A DNA stretch of 64,000 bases from Mustelus asterias (Eukaryota): NCBI RefSeq assembly GCF_964213995.1, contig NC_135804.1, positions 2,976,001-3,040,000 of the forward strand, read 5' to 3'. Below are positions 11,571 to 23,254 of the stretch, piece after piece. The translations under genes were made by a program, and so were the position numbers. The notes below the pieces were generated by a model, which saw only the letters and a program-made list of their open reading frames with translations, made no database searches and was not told the DNA's origin. The stretch's first letter is position 1; every line of letters begins with the position of its first letter.

Positions 11571-11845
11571 GTAATTTTAAAATTTGTCAGATGGATATCT
11601 GTGTTGCAGTTAGACTGGAACAGATTGGCTAGCAATGTGATAAGTTCTGGACCATGTGCTTTCAGATCCACAGCAGGATGTTGGGGCCCATAATCTTTAC
11701 AAATGGTTGAAGACTGAATTCTGTGGTGCTGGAGGATAAGGGGAATCACCCACTTGGCACTATTGATGATTGCAAATGTTTCAGCCTTGGCTTTTAAGAA
11801 CAAAGCAAAGTGCTGCGGTACTGGGCTGCACCCTCACTGATGTTT

Positions 11846-12241
11846 GTTCGGTGAGGCAGGAGCATGCTGACACAATGGGCCTACCTGGATTGTCCTTTTT
11901 GTGGATTTTGGGAAGTAGGTAGAAGCCCACATCTTCATCTGTCACAGTTTACCCTCTGATTTCAGTTTCTCTGCCGTTTGGCCATTCACACCCTTTATTC
12001 TCTCTATGGGCTGCCATTAGCAGCATTTCACCTGGTTTTTGTGGCAATGACTCATCTTTTATTCCCTCCCCCTGCAGTATAAATATCTCCCACTTTCTAT
12101 GTCTTTTAGCTTTGACAAAGGGTCATCTGGACTTGAAACGTCAGCTCTTTTCTCTCCTTACAGATGCTGCCAGACCTGCTGAGATTTTCCAGTGTTTTCT
12201 CTTTTGGTTTCAGATTCCAGCATCTGCAGTATTTTGCTTTT
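11846..12241 (+). mobile_element. PLE 3' terminus (+, 11927-12241) fused to an inverted internal RT-region piece (11846-11926)
   Basis: 11846-11926 matches 58043-58123 in the same orientation (FYLLPKIHKKDNPGRPIVSACSC on the minus strand); 11927 onward matches the reverse complement of ~56103-56375. Confidence 0.88.
12108..12146 (+). ncRNA. Minimal type-I hammerhead ribozyme motif in the PLE terminus
   Basis: AGCU-UUGACAA-A-GGGUC(AUCUG)GACUU-GAAA-CGUC-AGCU: helix I AGCU/AGCU, U3/A8 core, 5-bp helix II, palindromic ACGU in place of helix III. Activity is untested. Confidence 0.7.
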
Positions 12242-12249
12242 TTCTCAAT

Positions 12250-12765
12250 TTATTATCTGTCCTACAGTGTAGTTATTCTTCGGGGGTCTATAGACCGCAC
12301 CCTCTAATGGCTTCTTTCCCTTGCTATTTCTTAACACCCAAACTTGATTTTATATCTAGATCCTCTGAGTCAAGATCATCTCTCACTCCTGTACTGATCT
12401 CATTCTTTATTAGTAGAACTAACCCACCTACCTTTCCTTTCTGCCTATCCTTCCAAAATGTTAAATACCTCTGAATATTCAGTTCCCAGCTTTGCAACCA
12501 AGTTTCCATAGTGGCTATCATATCATCCTCATTTATTTGTGCCATCAACTCATCCATCTTGTTACGAATACTGTATGCATTCAGGTGAAGAGCCTTTAAT
12601 TTTGTCTTTTCACCATCTTTCTCCATTCTGACGTTATTTGCTGCTGCACTGTTTTGCACCTTATGCCCCAACCTGTCACACTCTGGTTATCATTACCCAT
12701 ATTGCTGCCCTGCACCATTATTCTGTGCTTTAATTTTCCAAATTTCCCCTCACTTGAACCCTCCT
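12250..12765 (-). mobile_element. CR1 ORF2 N-terminal AP-endonuclease fragment
   Basis: ORF 12324-12671: LHLNAYSIRNKMDEL...METWL...DRQKGKVGGLVLLIK. Confidence 0.85.
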
Positions 12766-15388
12766 CTCGAGGATACTTTACTGTGAAACTGTTAATTAAT
12801 CTTATCTTTCTAATGCGTAAAGAGGGACTATGAGAATACTCAGAGGAAGAAGGGGTTTTTTTGCTCCTTGGTGTGAGGAGGAAGATGCAAGAAAGTGATG
12901 GAGATTTTTATGACACTTTTGAATGATTGATGTAATGGGGTTTTCTTGGGTGTTTCTGGGAGAACTTCAGTCATACTGTAGGAAGGATGCTATGATCGGG
13001 GGACAATGAAAGATGTCCTTGTGGCAGATTTGGGCTTGTAAGTTTGGGAAGAGTGAATTTTTGAAGTTTCAAATCTCACCAAATTGGACTGTACAGCGAG
13101 TTTCTACCTCTAGACCTTTCAAAAGTTCAGTCAATAACATTTCATCCTATCAAGCACTTTTATCCCTGGTAGGTTGTCTGGAAACCGGATATCGGTGGTT
13201 AGTGCAGCTAGATAATGGTTGTATTTATATGGGGCTGGTTTTGTCTTCACTCCAAGTCAGGCCTTTGTGCTTTCTTATTGGGTTAGTTATTTCATCGATT
13301 CATATGTGGAAAGAAGACATTTGGCCTGTTGTGCCTGTGCTGGCTCTTTGAGAGCACACTCATGCTTTGTCCCATAGCCCTTATTTTTGGGATTTGCTAT
13401 TTAGGACTGATGAGTAGGAATTTCTTTGTCAGGAAATAGTGAATCTTTGGAATTCTCTACCCCAGAGACCATGGTCTGGATGTTTCATTGTTGAACATAT
13501 TCAGGACAGTGATTGATAGATTTTTGGTAACTATACTAAGTGAATTAAGGGAAATGTGGATGGTGGAGGAAGGTAGAAGTTAAGCCATTATGCTGAATGG
13601 TGGACAGCTCAGGCTCTGATGGCCTATTCTACTTGTATTTCGAACGCTATTTTATTGTCCGTAACCCTGGAAGTGCCTCATCCTCAAACACATGTTCAAC
13701 TCCTTTTGGAAATTATTTATGGAATCAGCTTCCACTTTTCCTTTGGGTTGGTGAGTTGAATGACTGGCTTCCTTCAATCTTCAAACCTTCACAAGTGTCC
13801 TGAGTTGGAGGCATGTGCCAGTGATCCAGGGTGATTCCCTATTCCTCCAATATGATGAAACTTCCCTTGTAGGAAAATGAAGCAGCTCAGTGATATGAGG
13901 GGCCAAACTCTGCTTGCTGACCTTGTCTACTGCTGAACTTTAAGGGCTCTTACAGATGCTGAACAAGCTCATCAGTGAGTAGGTCAACCATATAGGTCAA
14001 GATGCTCTGTATTGAGGTGGCTGGTTAGCACGGAAATTCACTTCTTTAGCATCTATGCTTCTGCATCCTCCTTTAAGATGGTCCTCAAAGCCAACCTCTG
14101 ACCATTTAACAACAAATGCTGGCCTTGCCACTGATTCGTACATCTCATGAAAGAATAAAGAAATAAAAAGCTTGTCACCTATCCAATCTTGACTCATGGA
14201 GCTCAGTGTCAAATTTTGTTTGACGTTCCCGTGAATCGCCTTCGGTCATCTTTCTATGTTAAAGGCATTATCTAAATGCAAGTTCTGTTTGTTATGTTCC
14301 TGTCATGGAAAATCTTTTTCCCAGTTCCCTGGTTATGTGTTCTGTCCTGTGCTATGCATGTGTTGTCTGGCTTTAACACTGAATGCGCTGCAGATAAAGG
14401 TTTGAAAAGCTGCTTTGTGGAGGGGATTTCAGTACTGCTGAGTGATAAATACACTGAAGCACTTCGTTGCTTTTAGGTGATAAGTGATGAGCATCAGATT
14501 TTTGTGATGATGAGACATTAGTGAAGCAGAATATAACTTGGCTGCAATGCTTTCTTTCCAATCCTGTTGCTTATTTTTACACTGACCTCCTGGCCACCTT
14601 TAAGGAAGCCTCTCAAATTGTCACAGCTACTAATAACTCTGCTGGTGTGGGTGGTTCTGATTCCATTACTCTGGAAGCGTTGGCGTTTGAAAGTGAACTA
14701 CAACAATTTTTAAATTGGGATTCCTGTGTGTCATGGTATCCTAAAGCTGTGCAATGTTTGACACACTTCAAGCGAAAGCATTGTAAACGTAACTTCTGAA
14801 ATAAAACTGCAATCTGCTGTGTGCAAACCTGACCAGTGAAGGCCTTTGATACCTACTTACATTCACTCCTTTGCTGCGTTTTCTGTGTAACACCTGGAGA
14901 TGTTTCATTATGGTAAAAGCACTATATAAATACAAAAGAAAGTCAAACAGTGAGACACTTTTTAAACATAAAGACTTCTGAATTGCTTCACATTTTCTGA
15001 TTTATATGATATAAAAAGCATCTCTCTGCTGGTTCCTTGTCTGTCTTTGAAAGGTTAAACCCTGCCTTTCTGTTTCAGTCTAGGCTAACCTATGCATTTG
15101 TTGCTATTTTCTTATCCAGTCTGAATTAATTCCAGTTGGATTTTCAGACAGGTTAGAGAAAAAATTGATAAAATTCTCTTGGGCATAATTGCTAGTGGTT
15201 AACAACAGTGTAAGAAAATAATTACATAGATTTTCATGGTGTGGGGCACAGGAACAAGCCATTCTGATGCTCTTACTCGACTTGAACCTCCATCCTATTC
15301 GCATAGCCTCCTTTTCCTTTCTTCCTCATGGATTTATATAACTTCCCCTTTTAAATGCATTTACGCTATTTACCTTACTACTCCAGAG

Positions 15389-16559
15389 CAGTGATGGGCA
15401 ACTTGCAGCCCACCAGAGTTCTGAGTACGAAACATTTTGTTGACCATTGCCCACATACAGGGTTGTCAGATTCTGCTGGTTTTTGTCCGAGTAGTTTTTT
15501 TTCCTATCAGCACTGCTAAAGTGATTTGCACGTAAAGCAGGGGCAAGTGAAGTGAGGTGTCTGCTGATTGCACACACTGACTGTGAGAACTGTGCGCTCC
15601 CTCTGCGTCCAATCAAAGCGCTTGTACTTGCTCAGAAATCTGATATACCCAGAGTTGGAAGATGGAAACTCAATTTTGGGATGTGGCCTTTCTTACCGAC
15701 ATCACTGGTCACCTGAACGCATTGAACGAGTCATTGCAGAGGAAAGATCGCCTCTTGCCCACTGTACCTGAAGCTAATATCCACTCAGTTACCTTCGTGT
15801 GAAGAAAGTGCTAGAAAAACACTCTGATCAGGGAAGTGAATATCAGTTCACATACAAGTACTGTCTACACTGGCGGAGCATTTTGAGAACCACGTCTCTT
15901 CTCAGTGATCTGAAACCCTTCCTCCTGTTGCCCTCAAATCCACTTGAATTTGATCTGAGCAAATGTGGTATTGTATGTCAAAGGTTTGGGATAGATAAAA
16001 GGATGTTTGAAGACAAATTAATTTATGCTCTTGTCCTGGATGAAGACGAAATCAGCCAGCTAAAGAGGAAAGGTATATGAGAACTTTGGTTGAATATCCC
16101 TGGTCCAATTTTCCAGCATTGTGTTGCAAAGCTGATTCCAATCTTTGGATCTACATTCACTTGTGAGGAGACTTTTTCTGCTATGGGACACATCAAATAC
16201 AAGAAGCTCAACAGAATAATGGATGAAAACCTCAGTGCTGATGGCAATGCGTCTGTACATCGCTGAGCCGTAAAGCTTGTGGAGGATAGATCCGACAAGA
16301 AGTCGTACAGACAATGATGTAAGTAAGCTAAGCATAAATATTTCTTTTGTTTTTAACCATTTGAAGTTGATGGTTCAATTAATATATGGATGATTAAGCA
16401 TTTTCTATAACTCATTACGAAATATTTGCCGTGTATTAAATGTATTTAATCTTATTAATGGGGTCATGGTTAATCCACATGCCCAGTTTCAATTTTATGG
16501 CCCACTGAGATGGAGAGCCATTTGTCAGCCTACTCACTAGCCTAGGTTGCCCATCACTG
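15389..16559 (+). mobile_element. hAT DNA transposon, internally deleted, both ends intact
   Basis: 14-bp perfect TIR CAGTGATGGGCAAC; 8-bp TSD ctccagag at 15381-15388 and 16560-16567; ~16081-16240 encodes the hATC-like LIPIFGSTFTCEETFSAMGHIKYKKLNRIMDENL. Confidence 0.93.
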
Positions 16560-17032
16560 CTCCAGAGGGTTGAGAGTTCTAGATTCTCTTTTGGCAAATA
16601 GGTTTCTCCTGACTTCTTTATTGGAAATTAAACGGCAACATGTGAGGATCTGATGCTACAAAATTGAGTCACTCCAGCACACAAATGGATAAAAATTTAT
16701 GGCAGTATAATTGCTTTTCTTTTAACATCCTCCTTTTTTACTGAAGTTGTCAGTCTTGCTGAGACACAGCCCTGCAGATGCGAGCCATTCTCCGGAACTT
16801 TGACAAGTTGGTGATTTGCATGTGAGCTGAATATTGCCTGGATTGCTGCCTCCGGTGGGGATCAGTAGTGAACATGACCATATTTTCATCAATATCCAAG
16901 TGTGAATTTTGAGTGTGGAGTCAGCCTCCTCACCAGGATTTGGCTGTTGAGGTCACCAACTTCTGCATCAGTTGAGGTCAGCTAACTTGATAGAAGTGGC
17001 CTCAAACTAAATGCCTCATGACTTAGCTGTTC

Positions 17033-18020
17033 ATAAGAACAAAGAAAATTACAGCACAGGAACAGGCCCTTCTGCCCTCCAAGCCTGCACCGACCATGCT
17101 GTTTGACTTAACTAAAACCCCCTACCCTTCCGGGGACCATATCCCTCCATTCCCATCCCATTCATGTACTTGTCAAGACACCCTTAAAAGTCATTACCGT
17201 ATCCGCTTCCACTACCTCTCCCGGCAACGAGTTCCAGGCACCCACCACTCTGTGTAAAAAAAATCTGCCTCGTACATCTCCTTTAAACCTTGCCCCTCGC
17301 ACCTTAAACCTATGCCCCCTAGAAATTGACTCTTCCACCCTGGGAAAAAGCTTCTGACTGTCCACTCTGTCCATGCCTCTCATAATCTTGTAGACTTCTA
17401 TCAGGTCTCCCCTCAACCTCTGTCGCTCCAGTGAGAACAAACCAAGTTTCTCCAACCTCTCCTCATAGCTAATGCCCTCCAAACCAGGCAACATCCTGGT
17501 AAATCTTTTCTGTACCCTCTCCAAAGCCTCCACATCCTCCTGGTAGTGTGGCGACCAGAATTGAACACTATATTCCAAGTGCGGCCTAACTAAGGTTCTA
17601 CAAAGCTGCAACATGACTTGCCAATTTTTAAACTCAATACCCTGGCCGATGAAGGCAAGCATGCTGTATGCCTTCTTCATAGAAACCCTACAGTGCAGAA
17701 GGAGGCCATTCGGCCCATCGAGTCTGCATCGACCACAATCCCACCCAGGCCCTACCTCCACATATTTTACCCGCTAATCCCTCTAACCTACGCATCCCAG
17801 GACTCTAAGGGGCAATTTTTAACCTGGCCAATTTTTAACCTGGCCAATCAACCTAAAGTTCTTGATTAACTTCTCCACCTGCATTGCCACTTTCAGTGAC
17901 CTGTGTACCTGTACACCCAGATCCCTCTGCCTATCAACACTTTTAAGGGTTCTGCCATTTACTGTATATTTCCTATCTGTATTAGACCTTCCAAAATGCA
18001 TTACCTCACATTTGTCCGGA
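17033..18020 (-). mobile_element. CR1/HER1-type LINE 3' fragment with a nested SINE piece
   Basis: KKAYSMLAFIGQGIEFK...LVRPHLEYSVQFWSP...RVVGAWNSLPGEVVEA; MHFGRSN...DLGVQVH resumes after the insert. Confidence 0.92.
17678..17856 (-). mobile_element. 5'-truncated HE1 SINE nested in the LINE
   Basis: Matches the 3' half of 54001-54350; contains a tandem duplication of aatttttaacctggcc; short ttctt repeat at both flanks. Confidence 0.85.
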
Positions 18021-19900
18021 ATTTAGGAATTGTATTTTGAAGGGGGAAGTGGAAAACTGACATCTCGAATCATCAGTTTCATTTTATTAAAATGTCTCAA
18101 GTGAAAGCTAGCTTAGTCCGTTCCCCCCTCTGGATTAGATACATTACTGGGGGGTAAATGGGATTGGAAATGGGGGGAGCGGGTGGAGAGTGAGGAATAA
18201 AAAGGCTGAATGAGGCAAGTACGCTGGGGACAGTCTTTCAAAATATCAGAAAATATATATCCAACAGAGAAGGACGTGCAGTAAATGGTAACAGATGTAA
18301 AGTTTCTGAGGGTGAGAGCATAACAACTGTAGCAGATAACACACAGTGGGTGGGGAAGAAAGAGCCATAGACCATGGACTGATTAGTGAATGTAAGAGAA
18401 ATCCAACTTGCAGCCATGCACCCTGTAACTGCTTGTTGTGCTTGTTGGGCTAGAGTATAGTACTTAAATGTGAATTTACCAGAGATAACATGCAGAATGA
18501 TGTTCACTGCAGTGGGGAGATAGTGTTGTAGTCGGCTGAAGAGTTCGGTATGTTTACAGTAAATATTGAAGAGATAAAGCTACAATAAACTCACAGGACA
18601 AATGAATAATTGTATTAAAGTCATATGAAATCAAGGAAAATCCAGAGAGCTACATTACGTGAAATTTGCTTCACACCCTACAGATCAATAATTAAAAGAA
18701 AAATGTGTAATTGGGTCAAAATTGAACAAGTGTTCAGTGAGGACCTTCATTTTGCTACTTTTCTCCTCTTCACTCACTTAGGCATTTGTTGCTTTATCTG
18801 ATGTTGACAACGTGCCTAAGTTCAGTAATGTTAGTCAGTCCCATGTGATCTTGGCTATTACTTTTAAGGAGTTGACTTTCTGTGCCTTGTATCTGCTCAT
18901 GGTTATGTCACTGGGTTACTTGAGTTCACCCTTCTAATCTGGATTGTGTACTGGTATCTTTCAAACACTTCTCTTCGTCTGAAGATGGACCAAGAAAAAC
19001 TTTCCAAGGCTAATTCACCATTCTGCTTTGTTCTTTGGAACTTGAGAATTCCAATTGTTATCAAAACTCATTATTCACTTTGGGTATGGTTTGCTTCCTG
19101 CCAATATTTATAAGCTAAAGAACTTGTTTAACTGGGCAAGTTTTATAAGACAACTCTCCACCTCTCTGCCCTTCTTTAATCTGCTACAGAAAGCTAGCTC
19201 TTTAACAAAGTTTTCCATCATATGTCCTAGTATCTCCTTATTTGGCTCAGTGTCAAATTTTGTTTGATAAATGCTCCTATGAAGCATCTTGGGATGTTTT
19301 ACTATGTTAAAGGTTCCATAGAAATGAAGGTGTTGTTGTTAGTGGTTATGTTCAAGCACCATTCTTATTTTACATAAGCTGGGGTCATCTTGACTCTCTG
19401 CACATCGCCTGGACTAATGGGGACTCCTGGATGATTTGCATTCTCTCTGCCTCATGTGAACTACAGGCAACTACACTGCAACTAGTGAAATCTGCTTGAA
19501 GTCCGGGCAGGAATTGAGGTTGTAACCTGATGGCCTGTGTGAAAAATTGAAATTTTTGATCAAAGGTTTTTGCTAGCATCATGGCATTAAAATATGTAGA
19601 GGTACAGATCAATCATGGAATGGAATGGAATGACTGAATTAGCTCGGAGGGGCTGAGTTACTACTGTTGTTACTGTGGTCTAGAAACCCACCAGCATTAG
19701 CGGTTGAGAAACCCAATCAGTTTCCATGGGCTTCATTGTAAAATGTTGAATAAATGTGTGATTATTTGTATTTGACACCCCCCCCCCCTCCCCCGCAATG
19801 TTACTGTACGATTGGCATTGTTGGAAGCCAAAAGCACAGAGCATTGCACAAGTTGCAAAAAAAGCCTTCCTGAATTTTATCTGAAGAATTTCCATAGGAT

Positions 19901-20589
19901 GGTCCATAGGACTCTTAAATCGGCCTCGCAGGTAGAGGAGGTGGTTAAGAAGGCGTATGGTATGCTGGCCTTCATCAATCGAGGGATTGAGTTTAGGAGT
20001 CGGGAGATAATGATGCAGCTTTATAAGACCCTCGTCAGACCCCACTTACAGTACTGTGCTCAGTTCTGGTCGCCTCATTACAGGAAGGATGTAGAAATTA
20101 TTGAAAGGGTGCAGAGAAGATTTACAAGGATGTTGCCTGGATTGGGTGGCATGTCTTATGAGGATAGGTTGAGGGAGCTCGGTCTTTTCTCCTTGGAGAG
20201 ACGAAGGATGAGAGGTGACCTGATAGAGGTATACAAGATGTTGAGAGGTATAGATCGGGTGGATTCTCAGAGGCTTTTTCCCAGGGCTGAAATGGCTGCT
20301 AAGAGAGGACACAGGTTTAAGGTGCTGGGGAGTAGGTACAGAGGAGATGTCAGGGGTAAGTTTTTCACTCAGAGGGTGGTGGGTGAGTGGAATCGGCTGC
20401 CGTCAGTGGTGGTGGAGGCAAACTCGATAGGGTCTTTTAAGAGACTTCTGGATGAGTACATGGGACTTAATAGGATTGAGGGTTACAGGTAAGCCTATAT
20501 ATATGCCTAGGTAGGTAGGGACATGACCGGCGCAACTTGTGGGCCGAAGGGCCTGTTTGTGCTGTATTTTTTCTATGTTCTATGTTCTA
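19901..20589 (+). mobile_element. CR1 LINE 3' fragment
   Basis: ORF 19812-20492 from VHRTLKSASQ to GLNRIEGYR; tail gggccgaagggcc plus (TTCTATG)n. Confidence 0.93.
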
Positions 20590-21737
20590 ATTTTTATTTT
20601 TTACAAGATGTCTCAAAGGTTTGTCCAATTTTCAGAATTTAAGTTTAAATTGTCTAACTTACAGAGTACATAGCTGAAAATATTTTAAATAGTGAGCACA
20701 TGCTGTAGATTTCTTCCAATCAAGCACTTTGAATTGTGAAAATATTTCACTTCTTTAACCGATGTTTTCAATCCATTCACAGTTTTCACTGCCCTTCAGA
20801 GTACTAACATCTCGTCATTTCTCTTATGCTCCTCTCCTTACTGCCCCATCTGACTTAAGCTTTTGCCAATTATTCGGGTGATAATTCTCCATGTAATCCA
20901 TAGTGACTGCTAAACAGTTTTTATTGATGAACACATCGCCTGTCCTACCCTCCCTGACCTCTACGTTCACCCACTATCCTGGTTTACCTCCTTCCTCCCT
21001 TGGTTAAGTTAAGGATGATGAGATAAATTGTACTACAGGTTCTGCTGTTTTGGCTGCGTTTAACTAAATCATCACAGGGTGGGATTGAACCTTGGATCTC
21101 CTTTGGACCTCTTACACAGATCCTCAAAGCCACGTAGGTTATTGATGGGACCTTTTGCTTAGTAATGTTACTGTGAAAGTTTATGATGAAAAGAATATGA
21201 TTTGTTCAGTGTTGCTCTGATTCCCTTTGCTACATCCACAGTAAAACAAGTGATATCACTCCCAGCCTAAGCCTGTGTCACAGGAAGTTGTACATTGGTA
21301 GGTAGGTAGGTATGGAATTGAACATAAGATTGAGGAGGAAAAACTCGATCTTTGCATCATGGCTTTTAATTCTGCAGGCTGATCTTGTGGTCAGTGAATG
21401 AGAATTGTGTCATGTATGGGATGGAGAACAGCTGCCAGGAGGAAGATGCTTTTAGCTTTGAAGTTAAAGAGAAAATTCTGTCACTGTGCAGAAAGGAGCA
21501 CCACCGTTCACCTGCTATCCTGACAACTCTCAGTAGTTGTCAGACAGCATTCAAATTCCTTATTTCTGTTCTAGAAATAAACCTTACAGCATTGCTTCCT
21601 GGAACTTGTGATCTCAGCTCATGCCTGCAGTATAAAACATGTGATAGGCTTGTTCAGTTGTTATGAGCTTTGTTCCGTCTGGTCTTGTTTTATGTTTTAT
21701 AAACACTGGTCAATGTCAGTGGGCGATCACCACCAAA

Positions 21738-22310
21738 TATTTTTTATTCGTTCATGGGATGAGTGTCGCTGGCAAAGCCAACATTTATTGCCCATCCCTA
21801 ATTGCCCTCAAGAAGGTTGTGGCGGTGAGCTGCCTTGAACTGCTGCAATCCCTATAGCGTAGGTACACCTACAGCACTGTTAGGGAAGGAGTTCAAGGAT
21901 ATTGAACGGCGATATGTTTCCTAGTCAGGATGGTGTGTGACTTGGAGGGGAACCTCCAAATGGTGGTGTTCCCAAATATCTGCTGGCCTTGTGGTAGTGG
22001 TCGTGGGTTTGGAAGATGCTGTCAGAGGAAGCTTGATGAGTTACTGCAGTGCACTCTATAGATGGCGCACATTGCTGCCACTTTGGGCCAGTGTGGATGG
22101 GAGTGAATGTTTAAGGGGTGGGTGGGTGCCAATCAAGTGGCTGCTTTGTCATGGATGGTGTCAAACTTCTTGAGTGTTTTGGAGCTGCACTCATTCAAAT
22201 ATTCCATCACACTCCTGACTTGTACCTAATGGGTTGTGGACAGGCTTTAGGGAGTCTGGAGTTGAGTTACTAACTGAAGAATTCCCAGCCTTTGGACTGC
22301 TCTTGTATTT
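21738..22310 (-). mobile_element. Older CR1-clade LINE 3' fragment (same lineage as 10048)
   Basis: ttttattcgttcatgggatg...tttattgcccatccctaattgccc is the reverse complement of the tail shared with SINE 10780-11139. Confidence 0.75.
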
Positions 22311-22319
22311 AAATGACTG

Positions 22320-22695
22320 ACCTGTAGCCTAACTTGCACCAAGTCTTGATCATCCATCACTCTGTATACTCACTTGTCTAGATTGGCTCCTGTTCTTGCA
22401 GCACCTTGATTTTAAAATTCTCATCCTTCTTTTCAAATCTCTCTTTATCCATAACTCCATTATTGATGAACATGCCTTCAGCTGCCTGGGCCCCAAGCAC
22501 TGGAATTCCTTCCTTAAACCTCTCTGTCCTCCTTTAATTTTTCAGGATGCTCCTTATAACATACCTCTTTGTCCAAGGTTTTAGTCAATTGTCCTAATAC
22601 CTCCCTGTGTGTCTGATATTCTGTTTGATAACACTTTGGTGAAGCATCTTGGGATGTTTACTTTAAAGATGCTTTATAGATACAAGATGTGTTTG
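22320..22695 (+). mobile_element. Decayed L2-clade LINE 3' end
   Basis: DFKILILLFKSL...AFSCLGPKHWNSFL (ORF 22396-22584) and a gtgaagcatcttgggatgttt tail; similar tails at ~14050-14290, 19130-19345 and 46900-47487. Confidence 0.65.
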
Positions 22696-23254
22696 GGAGG
22701 AGGAGAGAAAGAGAAGTGTTCCAACTGAATAGTGGGTTGCTGGATGAGAGAGGTGAAGCTGTGTCTAGTTACTGTCAGTTGGATCTACTGTGGGTATGAA
22801 TGAGCACGGGAGAGACAGACTTTCAGTGAAATGGTTTTTAGGCAGTGCGAACTGTAAGTTAGTGTTACTGAAAGAATCTTGGGCAATTGTCCAGGCATTC
22901 CAGAATGGTTAGATGATTCTTGTCTGGCCACAGCACAAGGAAACCTGTTTATAATGGCTTCTTTTAGGACTAATTTCAGGCACCCATTATAAACATTCAG
23001 TTAGATGCTTAGCTCCAAGTACGTCAGAGCAAACCCTCGGTCTGAGAGAAGCCATGTGGCCCAGTGTTTGAGATGAATTGTTGTTTATCATGTTAATTGT
23101 ACGGGGAGATGGTGGTGTCACTGGACTAGTAATCCAGAGGCCCAGGCTAATACTCCAGGGACATAGATTCAGATTCCACCAAGGCAGCTGGAGGAATTTA
23201 AATTCAGTTGATAAATCTTAAATATAAAGCTCATCTCAGTAATGGTGACCACAA

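Larger units (their letters stand above)
10048..11840 (-). mobile_element. Second, older CR1-clade LINE lineage (decayed, interrupted)
   Basis: Minus strand AWADKWQVT (~10740-10765) and a GVP.G...FINDL-like RT motif (~11255-11315); related copies at 21738 and 43092. Confidence 0.7.

Noticed and set aside
14484-14585. C/D snoRNA-like GTGATGA...CTGA spacing
   Set aside because: No convincing terminal stem or recognisable rRNA-complementary guide; such short motifs are expected by chance.
17162-17761. 199-aa ORF with an unusual N-terminus
   Set aside because: It is a chance fusion of a nested SINE tail with the LINE frame; ORFs 54736-55257 and 55649-56134 are similar chimeras.
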